Below, piece after piece: positions 27,662-42,897 of a stretch of 64,000 nt of DNA. Source of the DNA: Octopus vulgaris (lineage: Eukaryota); assembly GCA_951406725.2 (NCBI GenBank), contig OX597827.1:53320001-53384000 (forward strand), read 5' to 3'. The notes under the pieces are model-generated. The model saw only the letters and a list, made by a program, of their open reading frames with translations. It was not told where the DNA came from and made no database searches. Made by a program: the position numbers and the translations under genes. How positions within the stretch are numbered: position 1 is the stretch's first letter; the number at the start of each line of letters is the position of its first letter.

Positions 27662-27880
27662 AATGGTTTCAAATTTTAGCACAAGGCCAGCAATTTCGGT
27701 GGGGTTAGGTGTAAGTCGGTTACATCGATCCCAATATCCAACTGGTACTTATTCAATCAACCCCGAAAGGATGAAAGACAAGGTCGATCGCAGTGGCATT
27801 TGAACTCAGAAAGTAGAAGCAGAAGAAATGCTGCTAAGCATTTTGTCCAACCCTGTAACGATTCTGCCAGGTCACTGGTG
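27662..27880 (-). mobile_element. Diverged SINE family B
   Basis: Reverse complement of the family-B consensus. Confidence 0.65.
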
Positions 27881-27958
27881 AATAAAAATACTGACACACC
27901 ATGGGCGAGTGTCTTCTACTATAGCCTTGGGCCGACCAAAACCTTGTGAATTCGGTAG

Positions 27959-28506
27959 TTTAACAGCAATATTTATTTATTTTTGCGGAAGAACCTTACT
28001 TTGTTAAATTGGCTTTGTGAACATAGATTTAGACATTGCTAACACATTTTACTTCACTCATCTGATTTGAAAATTGTCGATTGTCAGGATTTTTCGAAAC
28101 ATTTTATCATACATTATAACTTACTCTGGCCGTAGTTTTTTTAATTCTTAGGTTGTCAATACATTGGCAGTCCTCGAGAATAGGGTGTGACTTCCACAGT
28201 TAAACAGATTAAAAATAGTAGCATATACCAAGGCTCGTTCAAACAGTCGCCACATAATTTGTTCAACTGTGGAATGTCTTGACAACCTAAGAATTAAAAA
28301 TAAACTACTGCCATTTTATATTATGAGTAAGTAATAATGTATGATAAACTGTTTCGAAAAATTCTGACTAAAATAATCGACAATTTTCAAATTGGATGAG
28401 TGAAGTAAAATAAGTTAGCAATGATGAAGTGTAAGTTCACAAAGCCAATTTAACAAAGTAATGTTCTTCAGCGAAAAAAAAAAAAAAAAAAAAATATTGC
28501 TGTGAA
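27959..28506. mobile_element. Foldback/MITE-like element with ~210-bp imperfect inverted arms
   Basis: 27959-28165 is the reverse complement of 28273-28506 (e.g. ttactttgttaaattggctttgtgaac / gttcacaaagccaatttaacaaagtaa). Confidence 0.8.
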
Positions 28507-29609
28507 ACCTCATGTTTCCAATAAACTAGTAAAACAGTTTTTTTAACTTTGTAGTAAAATAAGAAAATTAAAACTACAATTATTATTTCTATTCGTAGCT
28601 TTCATCATTTAGGAGAACTTATTAATAAAGGGACTTCTTTATCATTAATTGTAGTTCATTTCAAAATGCAAAGCACACATATTTTTATATGCGATATGAA
28701 CTGACTCTCAAAAAATCAAGAAATGATTTGTTTTTATGGAACAATAACACTTTTTTGATAAATGCTTTAGGCCCAACATGGCAGTTGGTTTTTTCAAAGC
28801 AGTTCCCATCTAAAATGGGTGTCGGCTCTACTTCTGACTCAAGGTTTTCTACCTGCAGTTTTGGAAAACCACTCTACTCTCCCCACACATGCACAAAATT
28901 AAATTTAAAATTCAAAATTGTACAAAAATGCCATACCCTATCTCATAACCTCTCTAGATTTTAACTTCTCACTTTACACAATCTATTATCTAAAATACTG
29001 CCTGTGTACCTTCAGACAACGAAAGAAATTCTGCATAATTTCTACGAGCTGATATTCGGATATATCATGTCCAGCCAGTTTGAGGTTATCATAAACAACA
29101 TTTGGATGAATATTTGCTGCAGCAGAAGACTCCCTACCTCCTATCGCTTAATTAAGATATACAAACCTTGATGCAAACTAAAAATTATACTTATCGTCTT
29201 TGGAAAAGTTCGACTATTTCGTAAAATTTCATGGTTCTGGTCAAAAATCTTTAAATACTTACTCCACACTTTTTCCGGATATATCAGCGGCTCCAATAAA
29301 ATCATCGGACCAAAATCCCTCAACACCACAACACTAAGACAAAATCGATATAACTTATTCTAAACGTAATTTCCCTCTATAATTTTCTACCTGCTTAGCC
29401 GTCAATTTGATAACCGACCGTTCCACTTCTACCAACTCTCTGCTGCTTCGATCTTGATTCTTTGGAAACCCACGAATACTGGCTATACTCGTTAGCAATA
29501 AATACTTTCAGTTTGACAACGCCTTGTAAAAGAGATTTCTTGACTACCGATGGTTTCAGGCCCGAGTAAGTGTAAAGCGCTTAGAATTTGCTATTTCGAT
29601 GCTTTCTTC

Positions 29610-29812
29610 TCCATATATCTTTTATCTTTTAATTGTTTCATTCTAGAACACCGCTTTGAGGAATTTTTTAGTCGAATGAATCGATCCCAAGACTTATTTT
29701 TTGAAACCTGGTGATTATTCTATCGGTTTATTTAGCCGAACCGCCAAGTTACGGGGACGTAAACGCACCAGAACCATTTGCCAAGCAGTGGTGAGAGACA
29801 AAGAGACAGACA

Positions 29813-29888
<76 letters not shown>

Positions 29889-30250
29889 CAATTCGAATAA
29901 ATGAACATTAAAGTTAACAATAACAAACAACAAGAGGACGTGCACAAAGAATGTTTGACTCTCAGTAAAAAGAGATTTTGACGTTTCGACATTTTTTGAC
30001 GTTTTTTTAAAGTCTTTAACGTTTCGAGCATAGCTCTTTGTTGGAAAGGAGAAAAGGAAAAGTCCGAAGAAAGAAAAGAAATCGCCAACAACACGTGTGT
30101 AGGGATTCTTTCAGTTTCCGTCTACCAAATCAGCTAACAAAGCTTTGGTCGGCTCAAGGCTATAGTAGAAGACACTTGCCCAAATTGTCACGTAGTGGGA
30201 CTGAACCCGGAACATTATGGTTGGGAATTAAACTTCTTACCACACAACCA
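29610..30250 (-). mobile_element. SINE family A interrupted at ~29885-30095 by a short repeat
   Basis: Tail at 29610-29880 and head at 30100-30250; the insert carries a gagc/gctc-GAAACGTT motif at 30014-30048 (minus strand). Confidence 0.7.
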
Positions 30251-31062
30251 CGATGTCTTTATGCTGACTTCCTCTCATGAGGAAGCCGTCAATATATCAC
30301 AAGTTTAACATTGACGAACATATCGAATTTGAAATTCAATACCTCAGAGCTGTCTCTTTCTGCTCGAACACAGAGAAAGGATTTATATATAGCTATTTCT
30401 GCAGAAGAGTGACCAATAGGGGTCGCGACCCATTTGTACATTACACAACAGCCATTTCCATCCCAGTCAAGCCAACTTACATACAAAATGAAATTTTCCG
30501 AATCTGTAACATGCGCGCATGCGCAGCAAGGTAGACGGTAAAGTCTCCCAAAATAAACTGTCACAAATGACAAATGCACATTAATTAACTTTAATTAACT
30601 ATCCCATCACTAACATTGATGCGTGCTCGAAGACTAACATGCAGTACGAAATAGTCTGCAAAAATAACGTGGTGTATCCTATATTGGAGTCGCCGTGCGC
30701 AAATTACATATTAGTATTAAGGAAAACGTCCTCACAAATACATCTAGAGAAACGTGACACACAAAAACATCACTGTTTACACCGAGACCATATAACAAAC
30801 ATTGGCATTTTGAGGATTAAGAAGGCTTTTCTCATTGATAAACTGAAACTATCTTCTAACAATAAACGTAAACTTCACAACACGGACTGGATATTATAAC
30901 AGTACCTGTTCGAATGTGTCACAACCGTCACTTGCTACATATCTGTACTAAAGATACCAGATACCCTCCTTTTCTTATGATAAAGGGATTTTAACATCGA
31001 AATGTTGAAATATAAGATAATGATTAAATTGTCTTCTTGTCATTGTCATTTGTATATTCATT

Positions 31063-31469
31063 CTACTCTTACTCTTTACTTGTTTCAGTCATTTGACTGC
31101 GGCCATGCTGGAGCACCGCCTTTAGTCGAGCAAATCGACCCCAGGACTTATTCTTTGTAAGCCCAGTACTTATTCTATCGGTCTCTTTTGCCGAACCGCT
31201 AAGTGACGGGGACGTAAACACACCAGCATCGGTTGTCAAGCAATGCTAGAGGGACAAACACAGACACACAAACATATACATACACATACATACATATATA
31301 TATACATATATACGACAGGCTTCTTTCAGTTTCCGTCTACCAAATCCACTCACAAGGCATTGGTCGGCCCGAGGCTATAGCAGAAGACACTTGCCCAAGA
31401 TGCCACGCAGTGGGACTGAACCCAGAACCATGTGGTTGGTAGGCAAGCTACTTACCACACAGCCACTCC
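31063..31469 (-). mobile_element. SINE family A, full-length, young
   Basis: Nearly identical to 817-1203 and 46777-47205. Confidence 0.88.
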
Positions 31470-31793
31470 GTTATTTTTAAAATAATTTTGATAACTACTT
31501 TGATCACATCCCTTTAATCAAACTAAGCAAGTCTATCAATTTTAACTTTATATTCATAAACAAAAAAATCCAGGGTAAATCTATGAACCCAGCAGCCTTA
31601 GGGAGAAGATGACAATCATGCTGTTCGGATTAAAATTAGAATCCGAGCGACATGAAATTAAATACAATATGGATTTTGCATCTCTTTCTCGCTCTCTGTC
31701 TCTCTTTCTTCTCTGGCTCTTTCACTATCTCTCTCTTCCTGTCTGTCTGTCCTTGTTTTCGTCTGTCTGTCTAACTATCTGTCTGTCTGTCTG

Positions 31794-31849
<56 letters not shown>

Positions 31850-33315
31850 GTTATTTCCACCAACCTTCTCTCACAAGTTCGATTTTTTTTTGACTTTTAC
31901 AAAGGCTTCATTAAATTTTGAAGATGGGGAAACGAAATGTGAAATTCGAGCCCAATTAAATTAGTATTAATGACAAAAGACAAGAAACGGATTTTTATGA
32001 GAATTTAACAGTCCAGAAGCTCTACGGAGATCACCAGTTCTTTGTTTTTGGCTAGTTGAAATGACTTAGTGTAACAAACTGCGAAAGACACAACCCTATC
32101 ATTGAAATTATTAACAACAGAACACGTCACCATAAAGAATATGTATATGGTATAATGGCATATAATTTGGTAGTTTGCTCTGTAGTCGAGAATTTAAATT
32201 TCCTCCGGGTAGATTTGAATTTAGCGTCTGTTTGGGCCCTGAGTTTTACAGTGACAATTGTTCGTAAACTTGATATTGGTCAGTTGTAGCTTGTCTTGAG
32301 CTATTTCAGATTTTGGCAAAATGTTCATGGACACAATAAGATGGAAATGGATAAAATTTGTGGTTCACAACAACTGAATCGTCTGTACTTTCTTGAATAA
32401 AATACTGCATTATATCCGTTATTATACCGCTTCATTTAGAGAGTGATAGATTTCAGAATCAGATGAGCCGAACAAAATGCTTTCAGAATCTTTTGGCTCA
32501 TCAAATTTTAAGTTCAAATTTCGTCGGAACTGACTTTGTATTCCTCTCTTTCCTAGTGATAATAAAATAAGTAATTAAATGTAGCGTTCAATTAAAGTGA
32601 TGTGTCTCGCTCATCAAATTAAGTTATAATTTAGAAACCATTCTTTTTGCTTTCTGGGAAATAATTGTTCTTAAAAAAGAAAGGAAACGGGCTGTTGTTG
32701 TTTTTTCGCCCGATAGCAGACCTGACTGATCTGCCTTACGCTGATAGCCGTTGTAGCCGTGACCATCTTGCCTTATTATATATCTAGAACTATAGTTTCA
32801 AATGTGCTTTTCGTTTTTTATTAAGATAGCAGAATGAAATTTCACGGAGGTTCGAGTGAACATATAAACGCATTAACGGGGATGCGTTTACAATGTTGAC
32901 CTCAAACCTCAATGAAATTTCATTCTGCTGTCTTAAAAAAAGCACATTTTTTGCAAAACTAGTTTTTTTTTAAATGTTTACCTAACATGTTCTTGATTTA
33001 GGTTTTAAACTCTACCCTATCATCCAATCAATTATTCAAAGAGCTGGCGTCTCGCGTATTTCATTACATCCAGTAAGTTCTAAACTGTGGTACTTTCGAT
33101 ACTATAGAAATATCCTATACTTTTGAATGTGATATTTCATTAACTTTTCAAAAATACACAAAGCAGGTTAAACAATAAAACAGGAAAGAAATCGGGTATA
33201 TTCTAAAACAAAATACAACAGGTGTGAAAGAAAGGTGCTTAATATAGGCACATACATATCTATACACATGAGTGCATACATACAGCCATACATATACACA
33301 GACATAAACATACAG

Positions 33316-33401
<86 letters not shown>

Positions 33402-33410
33402 TTATCTATC

Positions 33411-34161
33411 AATATTGTCACGCCTCCTTCCTTCAAACGGGAAGGAAGAGCTATTTTCATCATCCTTTTGGCTATGGCGAAAGAATGTATCTGGTGGACG
33501 CGTCTGAAAGGATTGGAGACAAACACTTTCCTCTCCGGTCAATCTCTCATCAACTTCTTCAAGTACCACTTGAAAAGGAAAGTGAGAATAAAGAGGCAAG
33601 TTTTGTCTAGCGAATGTTTTAAAAAAAAGATGGGTGAATGTAGCAAGGATGGCACGTATGAATGACGAAGCCACCTTGAGCATAATCCTATGAACCCAGA
33701 AATTGAAAACAGAGGGTTACCCACTTGCAAACAAATGTGGTAACATATAACAATATTGACCAAGGTTACCGTGGTCTTTTTCGTAGGCTTTTCTTCCCAC
33801 TGATAAACCTTACTTGCTTTCCCCTTTACACCATATATCATAACACTGTGATACACGATCCCTATTGATCGTTTTTTTTCCTCTTCCCCTTTTTTTCCCC
33901 TTTTTTCTTCTTTTTTCATTTCTCTTTTCTTTTGTTCCTTTTCCTTTTCTTTTTTATATTTTTCTTTTTTCTTTTTTCTTTTATTTTTTAAAATTTCTTT
34001 TGATTGTTCTTTTCTTCCCTTTTACGATCCCTCTTGATCGAAAACCTACGCACCCCCCTTTTTTGTCTCTTTTGTTTTTTGTTTTTTTCATCCCCCAAAA
34101 GAAAAGCTCTACCTTGTAACTTGTCCCATCTGTGTGCAGCCCTGTGTGGCCAATAAAGAAA
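33411..34161 (+). mobile_element. 3' fragment of a Tx1-clade LINE inside (ATCT)n
   Basis: MAKECIWWTRLKGL..FLSGQSLINFFKYHLKRK matches the C-terminus of the 51937-52896 ORF; T-rich 3' UTR and aataaa. Confidence 0.8.
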
Positions 34162-34757
<596 letters not shown>

Positions 34758-35183
34758 CTTTGATCTTGGTGAAAAAGCCTTTGCAAGAATGAAAAGTAAT
34801 GCGTAACAGAATAAATTATTCAAATTCAAAGAGAGAAAAATGCATATGATTAACTGAAAACTTTCTCTCATTTTTGCTTTTATATACTTTTTTGAAAATT
34901 ATCTACTGCCGACCAGACTAGATATATAGGCATACGTTTTCGGCCAATCCTTCCTATTCAAAATAAAACAAATTACATAAACAACAATCCCAAGAACATC
35001 CAGCTATTTTTAGAAATGTTGTTTTTGATTATGAATAATCACAATAGCCGAGAGAGCAATCGCATTAGAAACAAATGAAAATCTCAGCTCCTGTATCAAC
35101 AGACGCAAATTTGCATTACAAATTTCGCGTAGGCTGTTTCATTAAAATACTTCCTGTTACTGTAAACTTTAGGAAATCAAATA

Positions 35184-35221
<38 letters not shown>

Positions 35222-35408
35222 GTGTGCGTGTCTGTGTATGTGTGGATAATCGGATGGAATATCCGAATGAAAAACAAAAGTATTAAAACAAATGGGCGTG
35301 CAGACACTCTGAGATGTATGTATACAGACAAATGCGTGCGCGCATCCAAATATGTAAAACTGACATACACACACAAACACCCACATACACCCACACGCAC
35401 GCACGCAC

Positions 35409-35446
<38 letters not shown>

Positions 35447-36040
35447 ATGAATAATTATAAGCACGTTGTCACAACACGTGACATTTTCTTCCTTTATTCT
35501 TATTGGAATAATTTGGCAAAATGTTATATAAGTGGCCAACTTTGAACTTTGGAACCATACCTCTGTGAACTCGCAGAAACTAACTTTGCCTCTCAGCTGT
35601 ACCTAACTACATTCCTGGAAAAACAATGAAAATCTTTCTTGGGTTTTTGTTACTCTGCGTAACATGTTTATCAGCATTTGCTCTTGAAAATAGTTATCTA
35701 ATAAGTAAGTAAATGGTTTCTGTATATTCTTCATTCATTTTCTTTCATTTTTTTGTTGTTTTCTGCTTGTCGTCGCACTTTTCATCTGAATGTGTGGTTT
35801 TGTTTTGTCAATAGTTGTATTAACTTGTATAAGAAGGTGGTAAGTACCACGATTAATGTCACATGTCTTTCGACATTTCAACTGACGTGAAATCAAATTG
35901 AATATTGCACATGTTCATAGACATATACACAATCTGCATAGACAAATACGGACCCATACAAATCCATCCATCCATCCATCCTATCTACCTATCTACCTAT
36001 CTACCTATCTATCTACCTATCTATCTACCTATCTATCTAC

Positions 36041-36129
<89 letters not shown>

Positions 36130-36362
36130 CATATTATGTAGACAGAGTTAAAATCCAATCAGTGTCATCTTGAAATATATCTGATTATTTCATCCCAAAT
36201 ATAAGGTTTGTATTATTTGATTCGCTGTCTTAAAAATTGCCAATAGAAGATATATTACATATTTTCTACAATATGAACAATTTCATTACTTCTATTAGCA
36301 AATGGAACACGTGTAATAATGAATAAATAATACCAAAAGTTGTTTCAGATCTAAGGGGCGCA

Positions 36363-36491
36363 ATGCAAAGAAGAAGAGTGGCTGCAAATATACAGTATAC
36401 TCGTAATTCTCATACTTGCAACATTTGCGGGTTTCTTTGTAAATCGTTGGTGGGACTCAAATGTCACGTTCGACAGAAGTATTATGACTGA
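36363..36491 (+). mobile_element. Probable C-terminal zinc-finger remnant of an RTE-like LINE
   Basis: HTCNICGFLCKSLVGLKCHVR followed by a stop; resembles the CxxC..S..GL..H.R LINE C-terminus. Confidence 0.4.
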
Positions 36492-37387
36492 CAAAGGAAG
36501 TGTAAGTTGTCGGATCTTCATATGTCGAAACCGATTGGTTCCTACCAATCGAAATGCTTTACATTTTCTGGGAAGGGAGATAAGGCATCATACTTTTTCC
36601 TAAGGCAAAACATTTTGCAGGTGATTTGTACTGGAAGTGTTTTTATGCTTGCAGGAGAAAGCGATTATATAATGAAAATATGTCTATACATTGTTATCGA
36701 AACAACAGCCAATTTTTTAATTTCCTCAATGTCACTCGATGTAATGAAGGAATTGCTACACATGTAAAATTGCTTGTATTCAATGAAAAGTGTAAGCATT
36801 TTTTAAAGTTTAGTTGAATGGGGGCGATTATGACTTCGAGGTAAATGTATTCTTGCTTTCTTCAATGCAGAAATAAATATTTGTTGTTAATTCTTCCTTT
36901 TTAAGAATCAATTATTCATGTAGACCATGTGCAATAACGTATGAAACGTTGTGGTTCTCATGAGTAAATTCATTTCTTTTTCACTAAAGTTAAGGAATTT
37001 CAGTTTTTCGCATAGACTTCAAGCAGCCGTTCGCTTAAGACGGCCACAAAATGAAACTTTTGTTCTTCTTTTTGATATTGAAATTCCTTGTTAGCTAACC
37101 AAATAATTTCTGTGTGCAATGGCACATATTCAATAAAATTAGTGGTCGGAGAAAATGAGGCGATTGGCCGTAGTTTGCCAACCTTGCTCCCAGGGCATTA
37201 CTGGTGTGAAAAGAAATACCTCACATGAGAGACCCTCCTCTCTTCATACCGATCTTTTTTTATTGTGGAACGTACACAAGATAAGTGTCAACCATCCTAA
37301 TCAATCTACCACACTCATTATTATATCGGTGTTACTGGAACCAATGCGTGAGAATCGCATCAAATATTTACTACCATTTAGTTCGAT

Positions 37388-37730
37388 TAAGGTAACGAGC
37401 TTGCAAAATCATTAACTAACTGGACAAAAGGCTTAGCGGCATTTCGTCCGTCTTTACGTCCTGAGTTTAAATTGGCCCGAAATCGACTTTGCCTTTCATT
37501 CTTTCGGAGAACGATAAAATAAGTACCATCGAACACTGGGGTCGTTGTAATCGAGAAGCCGTCTCCCACAAAATTTCAAGCTCTGTTCCTGTAGTGGAAA
37601 ATATTATTACTTTGGTGGAAGACGACGAAGTGGCAGAATCATTAAAGTGTCAGCCAAAATGCTTAGCGGCATTGCTTCAAGCCTTTTGCGCCTGAGTTTA
37701 AATCTCGCCAAGATCACCTTTGTCTCGCAT
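37388..37730 (+). mobile_element. Two diverged SINE family B copies
   Basis: Heads at ~37388 and ~37612 with gcttagcggc..tgagtttaaat. Confidence 0.65.
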
Positions 37731-38139
37731 TGAGTGTATAAGAATACTATTGGGGATTTCTCTTCATATATATAAGTGTGGTTTCAATTTAGGTAAGGAT
37801 ATTTTGCTCGAGAGTAAAAGTTTGTTTTACGGACTAGATTTTAGACGAATCTAGGACTCAATAGACATTCAAGAGGTAGAAAACGCCTTTAAAAATTAAT
37901 AGTTACACTTCTAAGCGAGTATTGTATTGAGGGACTTAGGTTTTAGATCTAAGTTAAGGCCATTTCACTTTATTTATGCTGTTAATGTCTTGAAACATCA
38001 CACCAGCTCCTTTCTTTTAAAAGCACGGGGTTTTTGTTTCTAGTTCTCTAAAGAAAACTATAATTTATAATTCTGTAGCATCAACTTAAAGCATATTTTA
38101 AGATAAACTTTCAGCTAACAAACAAGTTTATATTTTCAG

Positions 38140-38334
38140 AATACTGTGAAAAATGTTTGGAAGACAGTGTCGTATCTGGATACTATGAACATCCACAACG
38201 TTGTGACGGCTTTGTACAATGCCAGTATGTTAATAAAACATTGACTGCTTTTGAACAGTTTTGCAACGAAGACACATGTTATAATAAAGACACTCAGAAC
38301 TGCGACTATTGTTCAGAAACTACATGCCAGAAAA
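38140..38334 (+). CDS. Pif-like chitin-binding/LamG protein, exon A (chitin-binding type-2 domain 1)
   Basis: tttcag acceptor, gtaagt donor, phase 1/1; YCEKC..GYYEHPQRCDGFVQC..C....YN....CDYC. Confidence 0.88.
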
Positions 38335-38611
38335 GTAAGTATAAACTTAACATTGGATTTTTCGCATCGAAACCAAATTCATTAAAACTTAGTTAATTTA
38401 AAAACTGTTTCTAAGAGTAGTTTTCTTATACACATTCTTAAGACCGACCTCATTGGAAAATTTGGGGGTTACAGTCAAAAGAAGAGGTGAATAAATCAGC
38501 CGTAAATTTTGAAGATAATATTATCACTAATACACTGGAAGCGAGTATTATGTTTAATATAGAGCAACACTCATTTTTACTAAGATAAACACCGTACTAG
38601 TTTATATGTAA

Positions 38612-39008
38612 AGGTGGCGAGCTGGCAGAAACGTTAGCAGGCCTGGCGAAATGCTTAGCGGTATTTCGTCTGCCGCTACGTTCTGAGTTCAAATTCCGCC
38701 GAGATCAACTTTGACTTTCACCCTTTCGGGGTCGATTAAATAAGTACCAGTTACGCACTGGGGTCGATATAATCGACTTAATCCGTTTGTCTGTCCTTGT
38801 TTGTCCCATCTGTGTGTAGCCCCTTGTGGGCAGTAAAGAAATAGGTATTTCGTCTGTCTTTACGTTCTGAGTTCAAATTCCACTGACGTCGACTTTGCCT
38901 TTCATCCTTTCGGGGTCGATAAATTAAGTACCAGTTGCGTACTGGGGTCGAGCTAATCGACTGGCTCCCTCCCCCAAAATTTCGGGCCTTGTGCCTAGAG
39001 TAGAAAAG
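38612..39008 (+). mobile_element. Intronic SINE family B, full-length, with 9-bp TSD
   Basis: tatatgtaa at 38603-38611 and 39009-39017; internally duplicated body. Confidence 0.85.
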
Positions 39009-39100
39009 TATATGTAATATAATTTAATTTGGGATAATCAACAAATACAAACTTTTTTCTTGGTTTCATTGGGCAAAACAAATTTTATTTTTCATTGCAG

Positions 39101-39274
39101 AATGCGATTATCCCACAAAGTTTAAGGATGTTTTCTCTTGCAACAAATATTTTGAATGCGATAACTCGGGTTTCAATTACGAAGCAAAGATTTGCCCACC
39201 TCAAGAAAGATTCGACCAAAAAACATCACGCTGTGTTTCAGATTACAGATGTGTAGGACCTGTTCTCAAGAAAC
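39101..39274 (+). CDS. Pif-like protein exon B (chitin-binding type-2 domain 2)
   Basis: ttgcag / gtatgt, phase 1/1; CDYPTKFKDVFSCNKYFECDNSGFNYEAKICPPQERFDQKTSRCVSDYRC (not in the ORF track). Confidence 0.88.
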
Positions 39275-41960
39275 GTATGTTTACATTTATGCTTTTCCTT
39301 TTACTTATTGTTTCTTTTTCACATCAGATAATTTGATCGTGAAGTCTTCACGATCATATTATATTTCAGTATTTAGTTACGTCGCTTTACTTTCTTAGTT
39401 TATAGCTCTTACCTGATCTCTAAAATATATATTAGTCAAATACAGTGGTCAACTTAAAAAATGTCACCATTTAGTTTGAAAATCGGATAAATATCTTTAC
39501 AGTCATACAAAATTTTAAAATGAGTGAAACAGTATATAGTAGCCATGTCGCTTTAAATTCTGGATTCAAACTCTGCTTAGTGTTGGTCATAGATTCAAGT
39601 ACTGTAGGCGGAAAGTTAATAAATCAAATTGTTTCAAGTAATCTACACAATTAGAAAAATATTACTGAATCTTTTAGCTCTTATAACTCACTGTATATTA
39701 TAGAGCTCCTTGAATCAATTACATATTTACTTTTCAATTGACAGAATTCTGGACTATATGTGGTACTTAGTTATTTTTCTCTTACAATTATGTTACCTAC
39801 TGATGAACTATGTCTATAAATATGTATGCATGTTCTTTTTACTGATTAGCCATCGTGACTTGAAGGTTCATATTCTGAAAAAGCTTCTAAATATCGTTAG
39901 ATGATAAAACATAACAGCTCAACTCAAATATTCCTAGTGGTTTGTTGTGAATAGATTTTTTTAATGATGGATGATAGAGATTCAAGTATAGCATGATGGA
40001 TTTGATGTTATGGTAAGGGGTGTAAGTCTACATATTGCATATTAAGAATGGAGTACTTCATAATGGATTAAAACCTAAAAAATAAACAGAGATAGTGTGA
40101 CTGCTCTCCGCAAAACGTAATCAATCACTTTTTTCCTGGAAATATTTTTTTAAATGGTCACACTTGCTGAAGATTTCTGAGCCAATATTTGGATCGTCCG
40201 CAGATGTATCCATACAGACACAGCACAGGCAACGCTTTCAGGTGTTTTTGGATAAAGAGTTCAGAAATAACCCAGTAGGTTTACCATTAATTCCTTCAAT
40301 TAATTCCATTAATTCATAGGTCCCGCTAGTAGATCCCGTATGTAATAGGGCGAATTCACATAGTTAGTGATAATTTACAAATTTTGAGTTTATTGTTAGA
40401 AGTAAGACTTCTTGTGGCTATGTTACAGATGTATGAATTAACTAGTAAAACTAATATAAAAGATTTATTTTGCCTATGGTACATTTTTGTAATGTTCCTT
40501 GATGACAACCAGTTGGATTAAAGAGAAAAGGCTAATGTAATGAAAATAAAATAATAAAAATGTGGTTATTTGTTTACTCAATTAAAAATACGTGTAAAGA
40601 TTTTAAGCTATGAGAAAGATATATAATACCCCCTATATATAAGAAAAATAAAACTTAAAAGAAGAAAAAGAGAGGGAAAGTACAGATGAAGAAAAATCAT
40701 TTTGTACCATCTCTGAATTGTGAGATATTATTTGCTATTGGTAGATCCATGAAAATAAATTGCACCCCCGGCCTTGGAAGCCTTTTAAAGAGCGGTTTTT
40801 AAATGTTCTCTCTCTCAGACTGGTAAATTTCTCATTGGAACAAAAAATTTCACAAGTTTTCTGAATAATTCCCAAAGAACTATTATAAAAGACTCATGTT
40901 TACTTATTTAAGTACATTTTTGAAATGAATATAGCCTGTTAAAAACCAACAAAGTCTTTGCTATTTTTGCTCATTATCGGATATTTTTAAACGTTGATAG
41001 ATCTGGTTATACTAATGAAAGATTGAAGTTTAATAATTTATCTATTGATTCTTTTCAATATATTCTCCCCCCTTGATAATAAACATAACAAAAGATATTA
41101 TGATTTGATATATGTATCCATAGTGAAGATTTATTTGTTGAAAAAAAGTAAATAAAGATTTGAGAGTAAGGTAAAATTATAGGCAGTCTTTAATTTTTGA
41201 AATAGTAACTTGATAACTAGGAATCTTTTGGCGATGATTTTTACAAACTGGAAATACTGGCTACCCTCGTTTCAACTCGAAGGAAAACTGACGCTTCCAG
41301 AATAACTTATATTTAGCATATCAAATAAATGTTTACTTTTATGCTACATTTCACCTATAGTTTACTAAAATCGGGATAAGTCTTACGAAATAAAGTTAAC
41401 TTAAATAGATTTAATTTGCATAAGCATTTTACCGATCACTTTAACGCGAATTTAATGACGAAAGGTTCTGTGTTATAAAAAGACATACAATTATCTGAAT
41501 ACAGTGAGATGACTGTAGATGTTTTGAAAACAACTTGCACGTACAAGTACTACCAGTAGAAAGCTCTGCATACTGGAAGCCAGCAAGTGTATGGGGTCAA
41601 CAGGAGAGAATGTGCGCCTTTTCAGGGCCTACCTCTTGACGGCATCATTGCGAACTGTAATGAGGCCCCACTTACTAGATGAACTGGTTATCAGATACAG
41701 CTCAATATTCTTCTAGCCGTAGCTCATCGTCTTTTTTTAATCAAATCCAATGGCTAACCTTTTCCACTGTAGTTTGGATATCACTCATGGTGTTATTTGC
41801 TTTACAATAAGTTAGGCCTAACGATAACTACAGTCGCCTCACATTGTGTCCAATGAATCCTCTACATCCGACTTCGATTGGAAAATGCTCCGCTTTCCAG
41901 CCTGCGTCTTCCTCGAGGAGGTTTGCAAAACGTTCAATCTTTCGCATTTCTTTTTTTCAG

Positions 41961-42107
41961 CGTGTTCTGAAACATTCAAGCCGTCTAAATCTCTGGGCAA
42001 ATTCTGGCAGAAGGATGCTATAGGTTGGATTGAAAAGGAGTGTGGTCCTGGTACTGGTTTCGACGTCAAATCATGCACTTGTGCTAAAATGATTCCTGTG
42101 AATGATG
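41961..42107 (+). CDS. Pif-like protein exon C (third, partial chitin-binding module)
   Basis: tttcag / gtaagt, phase 1/1; CSETF..WIEKECGPGTGFDVKSCTC. Confidence 0.88.
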
Positions 42108-42897
42108 GTAAGTTCGAAAGCAACTCATTTAATCAATTATATCAAAAAAGTAGATGTGTGTGTAGGAGCGGAGGAAAATGTCTTTGAGTGAGAATGATTC
42201 GAAGTCTTAATACAGACAAAAGAGATGAATGGCAGGAAGATCATACTGTGTGTATGCACAGAGTTCCCTTTTCGGAATGATATATAAGTAGAGATGAAAA
42301 AAAGTATTGAGAAATTTGTATTTCGGAGTAGTATAGAATATAGGACTTGCATGTCAGTAGCAGATGAGGTATGGAATCAAGGTAGGATCGGAGAGCCAGA
42401 TACTAAGTGAAGAGAAAGCAGAATTAGCTAGGAAATTTTAGTTCTAGTTTTTAGTACCTACCAAAGTGCAGAATTTGCCTACAGTGACAGGTTCAATATT
42501 GTATTGGACTACATTTTATGAATATAGGTAATTAGCTTCGTTATATATGCCTCTATTCAGAATGGGAATCGAATTGTACTCAACTTTATCTTTTTATGAT
42601 CTTCTGTGGATCGCCAATACTCATTTTTTACAGATATACCTTTGTCATATACCTCTGTTACACATTTTGTTTATATTTGAACTGTAACTCAACCTGTTTA
42701 CTATATACATATTGGGAATTAACTTGATACATTCTAATTGTATATAACGAATAAATGGTGATTAGCATTTTAATGAAATTAAATTTTTACTCAAACCATT
42801 AGACTCGATTTCTTTATGACTTTCTAACAATCGAACTTCTATGAAATTTTAAGATATTTGTTACTGTTCATGTTTGTTTTTGATTTTTTTTTTCTAG

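Noticed and set aside
28690-29520. Possible decayed coding relic on the minus strand
   Set aside because: No recognisable motif could be supported by eye
35790-35839. Candidate signal-peptide exon MCGFVLSIVVLTCIRR with a gtaagt donor
   Set aside because: It ends in phase 2 whereas exon A needs phase 1, and no convincing bridging exon was found
37735-37792. Candidate upstream exon ending at ag|gtaagg
   Set aside because: A phase-1 reading is open, but there is no clear acceptor or start codon, and it adjoins a SINE
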